From Octopus vulgaris (lineage: Eukaryota), in assembly GCA_951406725.2 (NCBI GenBank), contig OX597829.1, forward strand, positions 13,268,001-13,332,000: a stretch of DNA of 64,000 nucleotides, written 5' to 3'. The position numbers and the translations under genes are program-made. How positions within the stretch are numbered: position 1 is the stretch's first letter; the number at the start of each line of letters is the position of its first letter. Positions 39,201 through 52,592 of this stretch are shown here, piece after piece. The notes under the pieces are model-generated. The model was not told the origin of the DNA and searched no databases. It saw only the letters and a program-made list of their open reading frames with translations.

Positions 39201-39439
39201 TAACTAACTGTCTGTGTGTCTCTTTTTCTCCCCGTCTATCAGTTTCTATATCTGCTTAACAAGCCTTCTGTATATCTTCATATATATCAATGCATAAACA
39301 TGTTTGTCGGTCTATCGATGTAACGTTGAACGTTTGTACTTAGATGAGTGACAGGTTGGGAAACCTAAGTGCTGTAAGCACCTTACGTTTAGGTGTGGTA
39401 AGAAGCTTCGCAATCATGATTCCGGGTTCAGTCTAATTA

Positions 39440-40135
39440 CCATCATCTGACAGCCATAAAGTTTGAGGTTATCCATGAATAACAAGTGGCTCACATTTTG
39501 TTGGCGGCTCTTGAATACATAACCAGCCTTTGCTTTCCTCAGAATCAGTGTTAGTGGCATCATGCACAGTACAAAAGTCAGTGGACACAGGAAGTCCCCT
39601 TGGAAGATGCCTCTCCTGATTTCTATTGTCCCTAAACTTCTTCCATATACTGTCAGTTCTGTCCGCCACTCCGCTATACGTTTTCCAAGCAATCGCTCAA
39701 CATTTGATGCGATGCCAAATAGGTTCATGCATTCCGTAATCCAAGAATATGGGATCAAGGTGTTGAGTTGCGCAGCTATTCGTGCATGACATTCACCAAA
39801 TCTTTTGCTTCAGTAGCCTTGAACTCCATCTGGTCCCGGGGCTTTCTAGTTGCCCATTCTTTTGCTGATTGCCTTCACTTCCCTAACTTAAATGGTTAGT
39901 TCTGCCTCTTGTGGACAGACTACTGTTTGTTTCAGTTCTTGCAACTCATCAGCATCCTTCTTGTACTCCTTGTCTTTGCTCCAGATGTCACTCCAAAACC
40001 TTCGACTTTCAATGTTATCTGGTTTCAACTTTTCATCTGTACACTCTCCATTTATTTCTTTGTAGAATCTATTCTGCTGGTATCTCCTCATTCTTTAGTC
40101 ATATCTTACCATCTTTGCTTTCTTTACAACGAGGC
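39440..40135 (-). mobile_element. Internally deleted RT fragment of a divergent R4-like family
   Basis: FWSDIWS, NxKAPGPDGVQG, IPYSWI, IRRGIFQGD.L.PL.FVLCM, HLLFMDNLKLYG. Confidence 0.82.
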
Positions 40136-40151
40136 ACTATTTCAGTTTGAG

Positions 40152-40615
40152 AGAACACCGGGGACGTTTGACATGTAAGAGCGATAAAACACTGCTCCAA
40201 AATCTATCAAAAACATCGGGAATAAAGACAACAAAGAGAGCCTAAAGTAACTGCAAAGCGTTGGATTTTATCCGAGTAATATTCGTTAAAATTTATTTAT
40301 ATTTTCCGAATGAATTGATGTATTTTAACTGTGTGTCACCTCCGTCACTCGCATAACACAGGTAAATACGCTCGCCTCACTCATAGAGCGCTAGACTACA
40401 CCTGAATTGCTCATTAAAAGTGTTGGACTATATCCGTGTAAGTACATAGTGCACATCACAAACATGTAAGTACGCAAACTAATTAATTACGTATACACCT
40501 TAGTTTTACATCAACACATTTTAATATTTCAAATAACATTAAATAAGGTATAAACAAGCACGCGCACGCACACACGTCAGCGAATCCAATAAAAACAAAC
40601 GACAAAGACTAGTCA
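40152..40615 (+). mobile_element. Isolated 5' UTR of an R4-like element related to family B
   Basis: GAACACCGGGGACGTTT.A.ATGTAAGA.CGATAAAACA..GCTCC...AACATCG...TTGGA...TATCCGAGTAA...TGATGTATTTT.ACT matches 57880-58080. Confidence 0.72.
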
Positions 40616-40660
40616 TTATTGATCACAAAAGCATTAAACATATCTATCTATCTAGCTCTC

Positions 40661-40730
<70 letters not shown>

Positions 40731-40794
40731 CATGTATATATATATATATATACACACATATATATACATATATACTGATGCACATACACATAAA

Positions 40795-40836
<42 letters not shown>

Positions 40837-41479
40837 AAAGAACAAAGTGTACGTACGCCGCTATATTTTTATATATATAAAAAATACAAAAGAGGGACAA
40901 CAAAGCATCCAGATAGACGAAACAAAAGAAACAAGGATGGGTCATTCGGAGTTTTCTTTCCTCAGTCGAGTACATGATTGTCTTTGAAATTTTGGCTGCT
41001 TGTACTCGAGATTGCTCCAAGGAAAAATTAAGCTAAGAGCATTAGATTCCTTGGAATAAAGCACCGAATGTATACGAATACAAGGACGGAAAAAAAACGG
41101 AGAAATGGTACACAAATACAAATAAGAGGACATTAACAACGGATGTCTTTCGACTAAGGACGAATTAAATTAAGCTGGCGTGTGTGGAAGTAAAGCCTTA
41201 CGGCAGGGACATAGGATTTGACAGGCACAGGGAGGAATATAGATGTTGCACGGATGGTAGTCGAGCCAAAAAAGAAAGGTTAGGTTTGACCGAACACCGG
41301 TCACGTGGGGAGAGAAGGGAGAGAGGCAGAGGAATAGATGAATTAAGGAGGGGCGAGAAAAAACTGAGCGGGACAGAGTGAAGTGAAAGAGGAGGGAAGG
41401 TGAGCACGAAGAGAAGGTCTGGAAATGTGAGAGAAGGGGAACGAAAGAACGAAGAGTGGAATAAATGAAGTGTGAAGGA

Positions 41480-41975
41480 CTTTATTCTCAGTGGTATTAT
41501 CGTAGTACTAAGCTTCCACATTTTCGTGATTTCAATTTGTGGATCTTTTTCGTATTCCATTCTTGAGACATTTTGATCTTGTGTGACAGACATATCTAAT
41601 AGATATGGTTTGAAACAAGTCCCTCTGGTGTAGTCCATGATCACAATGTCTGGTCGACTGGAGTGCATTTTTTGTTTGTTTGTATTGGGAAGTTCCAACG
41701 GATGGTGACGCCCTCACTATTTACTACATCTTCTGGGTGGTGCTTGTAGCACTTATCATGGAATTTAATTTTATAGTATTTACAAGCATTCCAGTGGATG
41801 TACTACCTTAGTTTGTCATGTCTTATGCGGTACTCTTTTCAGCGAGGACTGGGCAGTCAGAAAGTGCATGATCAATTTTCTCTGTGAATTTTCCGCAAAT
41901 TCTACACGAGGGGTCAGATACATCTTTAAGGATGCTTCCATGGTAGTTTCTGGTAGGTAAGTTCTGATATAAGAA
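41480..41975 (-). mobile_element. R4-like 3' fragment (CCHC and RLE), degenerate
   Basis: NLPTRNY..DPSCRIC..IDH..DCPVL..RHDK; SRPDIVI..LLDMSV; EITKMWKL. Confidence 0.8.
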
Positions 41976-42329
41976 AACCTTCGATAAAGAAATAACTACA
42001 TTAGCGAAACCTTCTTTTTCTTGCTGTTGTTGTTGTTGTTGTTGTTCTTCTTCTTCTTCTTCTTCTTCTTCTTCTTCTTCTTCTTCTTCTTCTTCTTCTT
42101 CTTCTTTTTCTTCTCCTTCTTCTTCTCCTCCTCCTCATTATTATTATTATTACTATATATCCGCATATACATATTTGTCTGCATGCATACACACACACAC
42201 ATACACACACGCACATATACATTTATACAGACAGACAGACAGAGAACATAGCTGGTGAATTAATGTGGCATTTACAGTTCTTATAGTCTGAATAGGATTT
42301 CCCATTTGCACATCTTATCATAGGTGCCT

Positions 42330-42610
42330 TTGTAGCCAAAAATTTGCACAAAACCTAGAAATACTCAGTTTCACAGAGAAAGAGAAAAACAAACTGACGC
42401 GATTTTCCAAATCCAACCTATTAGTGGCACAGTGAAAATTTGCTAAGACATAGCAAAAATTCTCCATCTGAGATTTTTATGTGAATAGAAGCACACACTT
42501 GTCTGTATGCATCGACAGTCACCCAACGCACCAACTCAAACACAAGACTCAAAAAGTCTTGTCGCTTTATTAGCGGCCAGCTTGAACTCTCTCAAGAAGT
42601 TAAATAAAAC
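42330..42610 (+). repeat. Unclassified dispersed repeat (partner of 30225-30540)
   Basis: Shares the motifs listed for 30225-30540. Confidence 0.65.
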
Positions 42611-42737
42611 TCAAGGAGTTAAAGAAAAATCATACACATACATGCACTCACACGTATGCACATACATTTTGTTAGTGTTTTAAAATATTTACATGTTTAA
42701 GCATCTTTTTATTATCTTTTACTTTTGATCTTTCTTT

Positions 42738-42967
<230 letters not shown>

Positions 42968-45077
42968 AGGTGTAAAGATCAACTACTCATCAATAAGATG
43001 ATCCTAGAAGATTGTCACAAACGACACAAAAACTTATCAATAGCCTGGATAGACTATAAAAAGGCTTTTGCTAGCCTACCACATAGCTGGATTGAGAAAT
43101 GCCTGGAAATGTATAAGATAGCACCTACTCTGCGAAACGTTTAGTCTGTAAGTATGAGATCATGGAGAACCACACTAACTTTGAACAGTGACAATGAATC
43201 TCTAAATGCTGGTGATGTAAAAATTCCATGTGACATTTTCCAGGGTGACTCACTATCACCACTCCTCTTTTGTTTAGCCTTAATACTTCTCTCAAAATTG
43301 CTCAATGACGCGCAGTACGGATATAAAATGTTTGACAAAAATATAAATCATCTAATTTACATGGACGATTTAAAGCTCTTTGCAAAAAATGACCAATAAC
43401 TCAAGGGCTTACTAGTGATTGTTAAACAATTCAGTGACGACATCAGAATGCAATTTGGCCTCGATAAATGTGCAAAAGCTACTTTTATCAAACGAATAAT
43501 GACAGAAACATCTAACGTTAACCTTGATCAGCAGAATGTCATAAAAGAATTAGACCCAGCGGAGAGCTACAAGTGCCTAGGGGTAATTGAAGGGGACGGA
43601 ATAAGGCATTTAGTGATGAAGGAAAGGATCAGGATAGAATGTAATCGCAGAGTAAGAGCAATACTGAAGACAGAGCCTAATGCGAGAAACAGGATCGAAG
43701 CGATCAATGCCTTAGCCATACTAGTCGTGACTTACAGTTTCAATATCGTTAACTGGTCAATTACTGAAATATGTAATGTTGACAGAAAAATACGAAAACT
43801 GTTGATAATGCATAGAATGCACCACCCTAAGGCAGATATAGAACAACCTTATCTGCCAAGAAAAGAGGGAGGCCGTGGACTTTTACAACTTGCAATAACA
43901 ATGAAGATTGCTACAATTGGCCTAGACACCTACCTGAAAAAGTCTGAGGACTAGATGTTAAAACTTGTCTCAAGAAAGCATCATACTCAGTAACAAAACA
44001 GGCAAAGGAATATCTAAGTGAATTCCGAATACAACAAATTTCGGAATTAGACATACAAGAAACAAGCACAGAAAAAGCTAACGCATAAAGCCGTGGTAAA
44101 ACTGCTGCCTTAGATATTCTGAATGATAAATGACAAGAAAAACCTCTCTATGGCAAATACCCAAAGAGAGCGAATAATGCAGATGTTGACAAAGCCCTGA
44201 CCCATCAATGGCTAATGGCCTCTGGCTTAAAATCTGAAACAGAAGGGTTTATCATAGCAGCTCAAGATCAATGCCTACCAACAAGGAACTACCAGGCCAA
44301 CATATCAAAGAACGGCAGTAGCCCAACATGTCGTGTATGTCAACAACAAAATGAAACCATTGATCATGTTGTCTCCAAGTGCAGTCTTCTAGCGCCTACA
44401 GAGTATCTCAACAGGCATGAAAGAGCTGCACAATATATTCACTGGGTAATCTGCAAAAACCTGGATTTGCCCCAGGAAAAAAACTGGTGGGAACACAAAC
44501 CACCTCCAGTGCTTGAAAATGACCACATCTCACTCCTCTAGAACTTTCTCATTCAAACTGACAGAAAGATAGATGCAAATAGGCTAGACATCATATTGAA
44601 AGACTTCAAACAAAGAACATGCCTCCTCATTGATATGACTGTCCCAATCGATATAAACGTATCTGTCAAGACCTACCAAAAACTGAGCAAATATAAAGAT
44701 CTTGAAATAGAAATCAGCAAAATGTGGAACCTGAAGACTAAAACAATACCTGTTGTCATAGGTGCCCTGGGAATGATAGCAAAAGGGGCTAATCGCTACC
44801 TAACTCAGATACCAGGAAACCCCAAAATGGCAGAAATTCAAAAGATAGTGCTCATGGGAACTGCTCATATCCTACGCAAAATACTTTCTATGTAATCTCA
44901 AGTTTTAAAACAAACATAATTTTCGTTTTTTTTGTTTTTGACATTCACTAGTATAACACTAAATACAAAACCAAATATATGGTACACTAGGCATAACAAC
45001 ATCACGAACTTCCAACCTGTCTCTGGGTGAAACTTGGAGCAAACTTTAACAAAAATGTAAAGCAAAAGTCAAGCATA

Positions 45078-45080
<3 letters not shown>
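42968..45080 (+). mobile_element. 5'-truncated R4/Dong-like copy (family D): RT to RLE and 3' UTR
   Basis: [80 protein letters not shown]; followed by (AAT)n. Confidence 0.92.
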
Positions 45081-45150
<70 letters not shown>

Positions 45151-45156
45151 ATTGAA

Positions 45157-45203
<47 letters not shown>

Positions 45204-45725
45204 CATTGTTATGCTGGCTTTTTCTCTTCGTGCTCATAAGGTGGTTTTCATGTCACCACTAAAAGAGGGAAAGGAAAAAAAAATACAAAAGAAAAGAGCC
45301 GGAAAAAACGTTATATAAACAATTACCAATGAAAAATTATGTTAATTGCTAGTTTTGTTGACATACATATGGACACGCATGCACACTCCCATATTATCCG
45401 TGTGTGTGATTGTGTGTGTGTGTGTGTGTATACATATATATATATAGTTATATATGTATTATTTATGTATATATGTTTGAATTTATGTGTGTCTGCATAC
45501 ATATGTATATTATTCAAACATACATTTTGATATATACATAAGTACAGAGATATAAGTGTAAACTCACCAGTAGTAACATACGCACAAATTCACACATTAA
45601 AAACAAATCCATAGATATGTATGTGCATATGTATATGTGTGTGTGTATATATATAAGGGTATAAGACCACTACACGTAAACTATTGACGATTTTTTCCGC
45701 TTCTTTTAGACTTTCGTATGTCTCC

Positions 45726-45762
45726 TGTTTCCGAAGAAGATCTTTGCTCGAAACGTAAAACA
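45726..45762 (+). ncRNA. Ultra-minimal hammerhead-like motif with CCGAAGA core
   Basis: TGTTT-CCGAAGA-agatctttgctc-GAAA-CG-TA-AAACA; related degenerate copies at ~46300-46335 (-) and ~21352-21385 (+). Confidence 0.5.
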
Positions 45763-45918
45763 ACCACCCTTTCTTTCCTTCACTGAGCCTCTTATTAATA
45801 CTTTGTATCACGTCCTAGAATTGTTGTTTGTTTTCTTGTCAGACACACACACAGTTCCATACATATCTACATATGTATATATACGCGCGTATATATACAT
45901 GTAAATAGTGTGTGAGTG

Positions 45919-45979
<61 letters not shown>

Positions 45980-46117
45980 CGGAGATGTACTCGCATAGCA
46001 AGTAATTTGATCTGAGATCGTGTGCTGAAACGAAAACAATTGCAGCGTGGAAGGTGTTTATAAGCCATTTAAGAAACACACAAAAGCCGTTCGATTCACT
46101 CCAACATTTAAGTTTAA

Positions 46118-46167
46118 TTTGTCAAAATATTTTCGTCGCTAAAATCCGCGACCTGTTCACTGACAAA
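46118..46167 (-). ncRNA. Type I hammerhead with compensatory G3-C8 core
   Basis: Minus strand TTTGTCA-GTGAACA-gGTCGC(ggatttta)GCGAC-GAAA-ATAT-TT-TGACAAA. Confidence 0.75.
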
Positions 46168-46174
46168 GTCCGTG

Positions 46175-46210
<36 letters not shown>

Positions 46211-46454
46211 AACTGAAATAAGCAACCATTTCGATTAAACGAATAAAAAATGAGGAAAAGTAAAAACAACGAACGTGAAGATGTGTACAAGAAGCATATT
46301 AGCTTCAACGTTTTGAGCAAAGCTTCTTTGTCGAAAAGGAGGAAGGGAAAAGTCCAAAGAAAAATTAAAAATCGCCAACGGCACACGTGTAGTTACATTC
46401 CTGAAATATATATATATGTGTGTATGTATGTATTTCTCTCTTTTACTCTGTTAC

Positions 46455-46818
46455 TTGTTTCAGTAATTTGACTGCGGTCATGCTAGAGCACCGCCTTTAG
46501 TCGATCAAATCGACCCCGGGACTTATCCTTTGTAAGCCCAGTACTTATTCTATCGGTCTCTTTTGCCGAACCGCTAAGTGACGGGGACATAAACACACCA
46601 GCATCGGTTGTCAAGCAATGCTAGGGGGACAAACACAGACACACAACCACACACATACATATATATATACATATATACGACAGGCTTCTTTCAGTTTCCG
46701 TTTACCAAATCCACTCGCAAGGCATTGGTCGGCCCGGGGCTATATCAGAAGACACTTGCCCAAGATGCCACGCAGTGGGACTGAACTCGGAACCATGTGG
46801 TTGGTAAGCAAGCTACTT
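46455..46818 (-). mobile_element. SINE family 1, near full length
   Basis: High identity to 47200-47597. Confidence 0.85.
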
Positions 46819-47069
46819 TATTTCATAAATTTGTCATAGAGACAGTACAAAGAGCTTTGCGGGCTGGACAAATACATTAATGAATGAAAATGAATTATAA
46901 TGAAGAAATGAGAGACGAAACACAACACCCGCCGATTGGATTTTTCTCGAAAACACATTTTCTTTTTTCTTTCTTAAAACACAAAATAGTCCAATAAGGT
47001 GAGGTTTCAAATTAGCACACTATGAACGTAAGCGAGCAGAACAAATGAAAAATAACAAAAATATAGATT

Positions 47070-47148
47070 AACCCCAGACAATTGTTTCACTGTTAATAAA
47101 TTATGCAATTTTACTTACACAATTAATCTGCAGATCATCAGTGAGGTT
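47070..47148 (-). ncRNA. Type I hammerhead ribozyme with extended stem II
   Basis: Minus strand AACCTCA-CTGATGA-tCTG...CAGt-GAAA-CAATTG-TC-TGGGGTT; GUC site, palindromic stem III. Confidence 0.82.
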
Positions 47149-47154
47149 CGTCGT

Positions 47155-47197
<43 letters not shown>

Positions 47198-47199
47198 TT

Positions 47200-47597
47200 C
47201 TTTTCTTTTACTTGTTTCAGTCATTTAACTGCGGCCATGCTGGAGCACCGCCTTTAGACGAGCAACTCGACCCCGGGACTTATTCTTTGTAAGCCCAGTA
47301 CTTATTTTATCGGTCTCTTTTGCCGAACCGCTAGGTGACGGAGACATAAACACAGCAGCATCGGTTATCAAGCAATGCTAGGGGAACAAACACACACGAA
47401 CACATATATATATATATATATATACATATATACGACGGGCTTCTTTCAGCTTCCGTCTACCAAATCCACTCGCAAGGCTTTGGTCGGCCCGAGGCTATAG
47501 TAGAAGTGACTTGCCCAAGATGCCACGCAGTGGGACTGAACCCGGTACCATGTGGTTGGTAAGCAAGCTAATTACCACACAGCCACTCTTGCGCCTA
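47200..47597 (-). mobile_element. SINE family 1, most intact copy
   Basis: Minus strand GGCGCAAGAGTGGCTGTGTGGTAA...GGGTTCAGTCCC (A and B boxes) through to tail AAACAAGTAAAAGA. Confidence 0.87.
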
Positions 47598-47699
47598 TAT
47601 ATATATACATATAATATAATATATATATATATATATTATATTATATTAAATTAGAGACAATTTATTCCCTAATATTTATTATATATATATATACTACAC

Positions 47700-49181
47700 T
47701 TATGTTGAAACATGTGATACGAGAAAGTGCAGCATTGATAAAAGTGCACCATCTGTGGACTAGGGCTAATACGACCAAGAGACTTGTCATGCGTCCGTTT
47801 AAGGTATTCTAGGCCCTAATCAATCATGGAAAATTGGGGTTGATGAGTATGTGATTTTTGAACGAATTTGCGGCAGTCGGTGCTACATCTAACATCATCA
47901 ATCGCCTGAAGTTTTGTTGTCCTACATCACTCATAAAGTAAATTTGGAGATACTGCAGTTGTTCATTTGTGTTTAACAGGGAACCAATGAGGGGATAGAC
48001 TTGCCCTTGAACTTTATAGGTCGGTGTAAGTCCATGTTCAACTATCTCCTTAGATGCACCAAATGATGTTATTTGAAATGCAGAGTTGTATTGTCTGATA
48101 TATCAGAAAATTCTTTCACTGGTTGGAAGTGCCTTCCAAAAGATCTATAAGGGGTTGAGGAGGAGCTGGTAGTGCTGGCAAGTTTACCTTATTGCCCGAG
48201 CAGTGGATGCCATTAGTTTCATTTGGAAATGTTAAAGCTATGCAGAAATGACAATTTGAGTTTAGCACACCAATTTGTCCAAAATTATATTTATAGGAAT
48301 GGGATGGATTATATTTGGAAGCAGCGCCGGGAGTTGTGAAGAACGAATTTGTACGTAGTCTGCTTTTGAGAGTTATTCTTTTGGACTGCTGTCTAATCAT
48401 TAAAACGTTGTTTTATGTGTTACAGCATGTCTTTGCTGATCTTGAGAATGTCTCATCTTTCTCTCTTGAGAATCTTCACATTCTCTTTCTACAATCCTCC
48501 TTTATACTTGTTTCTGGAGAGATTACGTCTTTTCTTTGGTGGCATATTTCTTTCAATATTGTAAGCCAAAAATTATAAACATAGAATAACTTATACAGTA
48601 ATGTCTATTATTGTAAGCAGTTGTATGTAGAATATCTTTATTTTTGTATGCAGGATAATTTAACCAAATATAAGCAAATTAACCAAACACATGTATGAAC
48701 TGCTAATTTAACAGTAAATTTGCAAATGCTGCGATAATTACTAACAAATAATTGAACGGTAAATGTGTATTTTTATATAGCTTGGACTTGCCACCTCATT
48801 GTTTTTTGTCAAGAGTTTCACCTCCAGCCGTTCGTTATGTTAGTCAACACACATACACCGACACACTATTCAGCTGACGTGGCCGTAAAGACGGAAAGTT
48901 ACCAATGCATAATGTTGTTCACATTAGGATTATAATTAGAATTAAGTAAAAGAATAAAAGTGAAACAATATTATATCACATTACAATATAGATGTTATTC
49001 TTTCACTTTTGACGTGTAATACCGAACTTGTGCCAATGTTATATTGTTTCAATGAAATAAAAAAAAATCTTCATTCACGGGGTCTGATACTATCACCATG
49101 TAAACTTTAATTTGATTTGGTTGAGCCGTTTGAGAATGCATTGGGAACAGACAGAGACAAAGAATTATATATATATATAGA
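47700..49181 (-). mobile_element. 5' portion of an autonomous-type Helitron (TC terminus and N-terminal RepHel coding relic)
   Basis: TCTATATATAT terminus at 49181; start MPPKKRR at ~48545; CHFCIA..FPNE....CSGNKVNL...PPQPL..LL, then IRQYNSAFQITSFGA...KVQGQVY.LIGSL...LQIYF. Confidence 0.85.
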
Positions 49182-49199
49182 TTACGACGTGTGTGTATG

Positions 49200-49257
<58 letters not shown>

Positions 49258-49264
49258 TGTGTAT

Positions 49265-49485
49265 GTGTGTCTTTGCGCGTATGTTTGTCCCCGCTTCACC
49301 GCTTGGCAACCGGTGTTGGTGTTTTTACATCCCCTTAACATTAGCGGTTCAGCCAAAGAGGCGGATAGAATAAGTTCAAGGCTTTAAAAATAAGTCCTCG
49401 GGTTGATTTGTTCGACGAAACCCTTGAAGGCAGAGCTCCAGTATGGCTGTAATCAAATGACTGAACCAAGTAAAAGAATAAAAGA
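49265..49485 (+). mobile_element. SINE family 1, 3' half
   Basis: CTTGGCAACCGGTGTTGGTGTTTTTAC...CAAATGACTGAA.CAAGTAAAAGAATAAAAGAA. Confidence 0.72.
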
Positions 49486-49492
49486 ATGTTTG

Positions 49493-49536
<44 letters not shown>

Positions 49537-49708
49537 TGAGTAGACAAACGAACAAAAAGGCACTCAATTATTTAAGACAGTTTGATACGGTTTGCCGTCT
49601 GAAAATCCTGGAAGCGACAGGTTCAGTTAGAAGCCTTCGAAACTTTAAGTCACATGAAACCGTATCAGATTTTAATGCACAGGCGTAGTTGTTTGGTTAG
49701 CAGCTTGC

Positions 49709-49833
49709 GGTACTTTTTGGTTATCTCACCCCCATTGAAAAATTGCCATTACAAAAGTATCGATATTTCTCTTAAAACGGGGTGGGGGAAGATAACCCAA
49801 TTTTTAACGGAGGTGAGATAACCAAAAAGTACC
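49709..49833. mobile_element. 125-bp MITE, probably Merlin superfamily, inserted in a family 1 SINE head (49678-49945)
   Basis: 22-bp perfect TIR GGTACTTTTTGGTTATCTCACC; 8-bp TSD CAGCTTGC/CAGCGTGC; GG termini. Confidence 0.8.
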
Positions 49834-50146
49834 CAGCGTGCTTCCCAGCCATATGGTTTCCAGTTGAGTCCCACTGCGTGGTCGGGCCGGCAAAAGACTT
49901 GTGAGTGGATTTGTTACACAGAAACTAAAAGAAACCCGTCGTATATATCTGTATGTGCGTGAGTGTGTGTCAGTGTCTTTGTGAGACGGCAGAAGAGAAT
50001 AAGTATCAAGCTTTAAAAAAACAATAAAATGAAAGTACTGAAGTCGATTCACTCTGCTAAAAAGTTGTCCAAGCCGGTGCTCCAGTATAACCGTAGCCTA
50101 ATGACTGAAACAAGTAAAATACGAAACATAAAACATATACGTATAG

Positions 50147-50228
<82 letters not shown>

Positions 50229-50701
50229 GAGAGAGAAAGTGAGAGAGAGAGAGCGACTGAGAGAGGGAGAGGAAACATATACTGTTGTGATTCCCGACTC
50301 ATAACTAGTACGGCCATCTTAGCTCCAATGCTGTAGGGGACACAGTTGACTAACCACGTGACAATAAAACGCTATTAACTTTAGGTTTTGCATGCACACA
50401 CATACACACACACGCGTACACATACACACACACACACACAAATGTGTCTGTCACTTTTACTAAGCGTTTATAGTTTTATATTGCTGTGTGTACCGTATGG
50501 AGAGTATTTTAGGGGGCTGATGAATGATTTTCCAAATGAATGCGTTTTTCGGTTAACACAATAGCCACTTGACGTTGAATAGGAAGACCAGCAGAGATGG
50601 GGTAAAAGTGGAGAAGTGGAGAGCGGAATGAAAGCAAGAGAGACAGGGGAAGAGGAGTGTCTTTATGTGTATGCGTGTACGCATATATGTATGTATGTAT
50701 G

Positions 50702-50741
<40 letters not shown>

Positions 50742-51439
50742 TCTATTTTGTGTGTGAAGTAGAGTGCAGCGTAGTGCAATAAGTGAAAAAGATGTGCAAG
50801 GATGTTTTGTGTATTTCTGTGGTTGTGTGTTTGTGCGTACTTGTATTTTTGTGCGCGCACGCGCGCGCGTGTGTGTGTGTGTGTGTGTGTGTGGGTAGTG
50901 AGGATTTGTTTTGTATTTTGTTCTGCTTTTTTTCTTTTTTCATGTAGCCTGTGTTTGAATGTGAAGATTACAGTAAATTTAGCTGAAGGGTGGAAAAATC
51001 TATATAATAACTCATTTGTAAACAGCTCACCACCTACCCATTACACACACGCATACACATACATACTCAGAATAACGGCCGCCAATGCTCTTGCATCGGT
51101 CTCTGACTACCATAACGATCAGCAAACATCATCATTAACATAACCTCCTCCATCATTATCACTTACCCTCTTTATCATCACTAACAAAACCATCACCACC
51201 ACTACCACCGTCGTTAAAGAACGTTATCTCCACCATCATCATCACTATTACCGTCTTATGACCTGCTAGAAATAGCAACAAAATCTCGCTGAAATCACAC
51301 ATTACTGCCAATGAATAGAACAAGTATAATGCGGTTCTAGATTCTTTACTCAAAATGTAAAGACAAACTAGTCATAGCTAGAACGCTTTTTATCTTAAGT
51401 CTCCTCAACCAGAGCTGACTTGGCGCAAAACAGCGTTGA

Positions 51440-51628
51440 CGTCGGTTTCAAATTTTAGGACAAGGCCAGGAATCTAGGAGTGCTCGACTGGTACTTACTT
51501 TATCGACCCCAAAAGGATGAAAGGCAAAGTTGACCGCGATGGAATTTGAACTCAGAACGTAAAGATGTACGAAATGCCGCTAAGCATTTTGCTCATCACA
51601 TTAACGATTCTGCCAGCTCGACGCCTTA
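51440..51628 (-). mobile_element. SINE family 2, diverged
   Basis: ACTGGTACTTA.TTTATCGACCCC.AAAGGATGAAAGGCAAAGT...GGAATTTGAACTCAGAACGTAA. Confidence 0.75.
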
Positions 51629-52065
51629 AACATCCTCACCTGCACAACAAAAACCTCAACCACCTCCAACAACGCCAATATCACCAACTAAAACAATAAC
51701 ACCCAGAACATCAACGTCAACAGCACCACTGTCACCACCACCACCACCACCACCACTTAACAATCCTGCCTCTGTACTCGACAACAATTTCAACAAACTG
51801 GTGTCAAATTAGGTGAAAAAGGAGAATAGTTAAAAGTAACGGGAAGTCAAGTCTACATTCGCTTGATTTAACAGGAAGAATAGATTTCAACATAATTGTC
51901 GCTATTCTGACTGGTTATGTATCTCACACAAACACACACACATACACACAAACTTAAAACACATAAATAAAAACACACACACACACAGACGCGTACGCAC
52001 GTGGACACGCACATTCACACACATACGCACACATATATGCAAACATGCACGCATGTATACATATA

Positions 52066-52106
<41 letters not shown>

Positions 52107-52539
52107 ACGTACATACATATGTATATGTATGTGTGTATATGTGTGTGTGTTTGTGTGTGTGTGTTTGTGTGCGTGTGTTTGTGTGTGTGTGTGTGTGTGT
52201 ATGTGTGTGTGTGTGTGTGTGTGCGCGTAAATGTATAAGTGCAGGCGTGGCTCTGTGCTAAGAAGTTTGCTTCCCAAACACATGGTTTGGAGTTCAGTCC
52301 CACTCAAATCACTCCTTCCCGCCTGAAGTAGGAATAATTCAAATGACAACAACGTGTTTCAAGGTTAGCACCTAAGCGATGAGGTGGTCCTGGCTGGAGG
52401 AACACTTGTTATCATCGAATATATATGCTTATATCTGCATAAATACGCACGCATAGACACTGAGACACACATACATATTTATACACGCGAATACATACAT
52501 ACATATTATATATATATATCTTTTATATATACGTTATAT

Positions 52540-52585
<46 letters not shown>

Positions 52586-52592
52586 TCCATTC

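Noticed and set aside
47540-47597. tRNA-like A/B boxes
   Set aside because: Head of a multi-copy SINE; no cloverleaf or acceptor stem, so not a tRNA gene.
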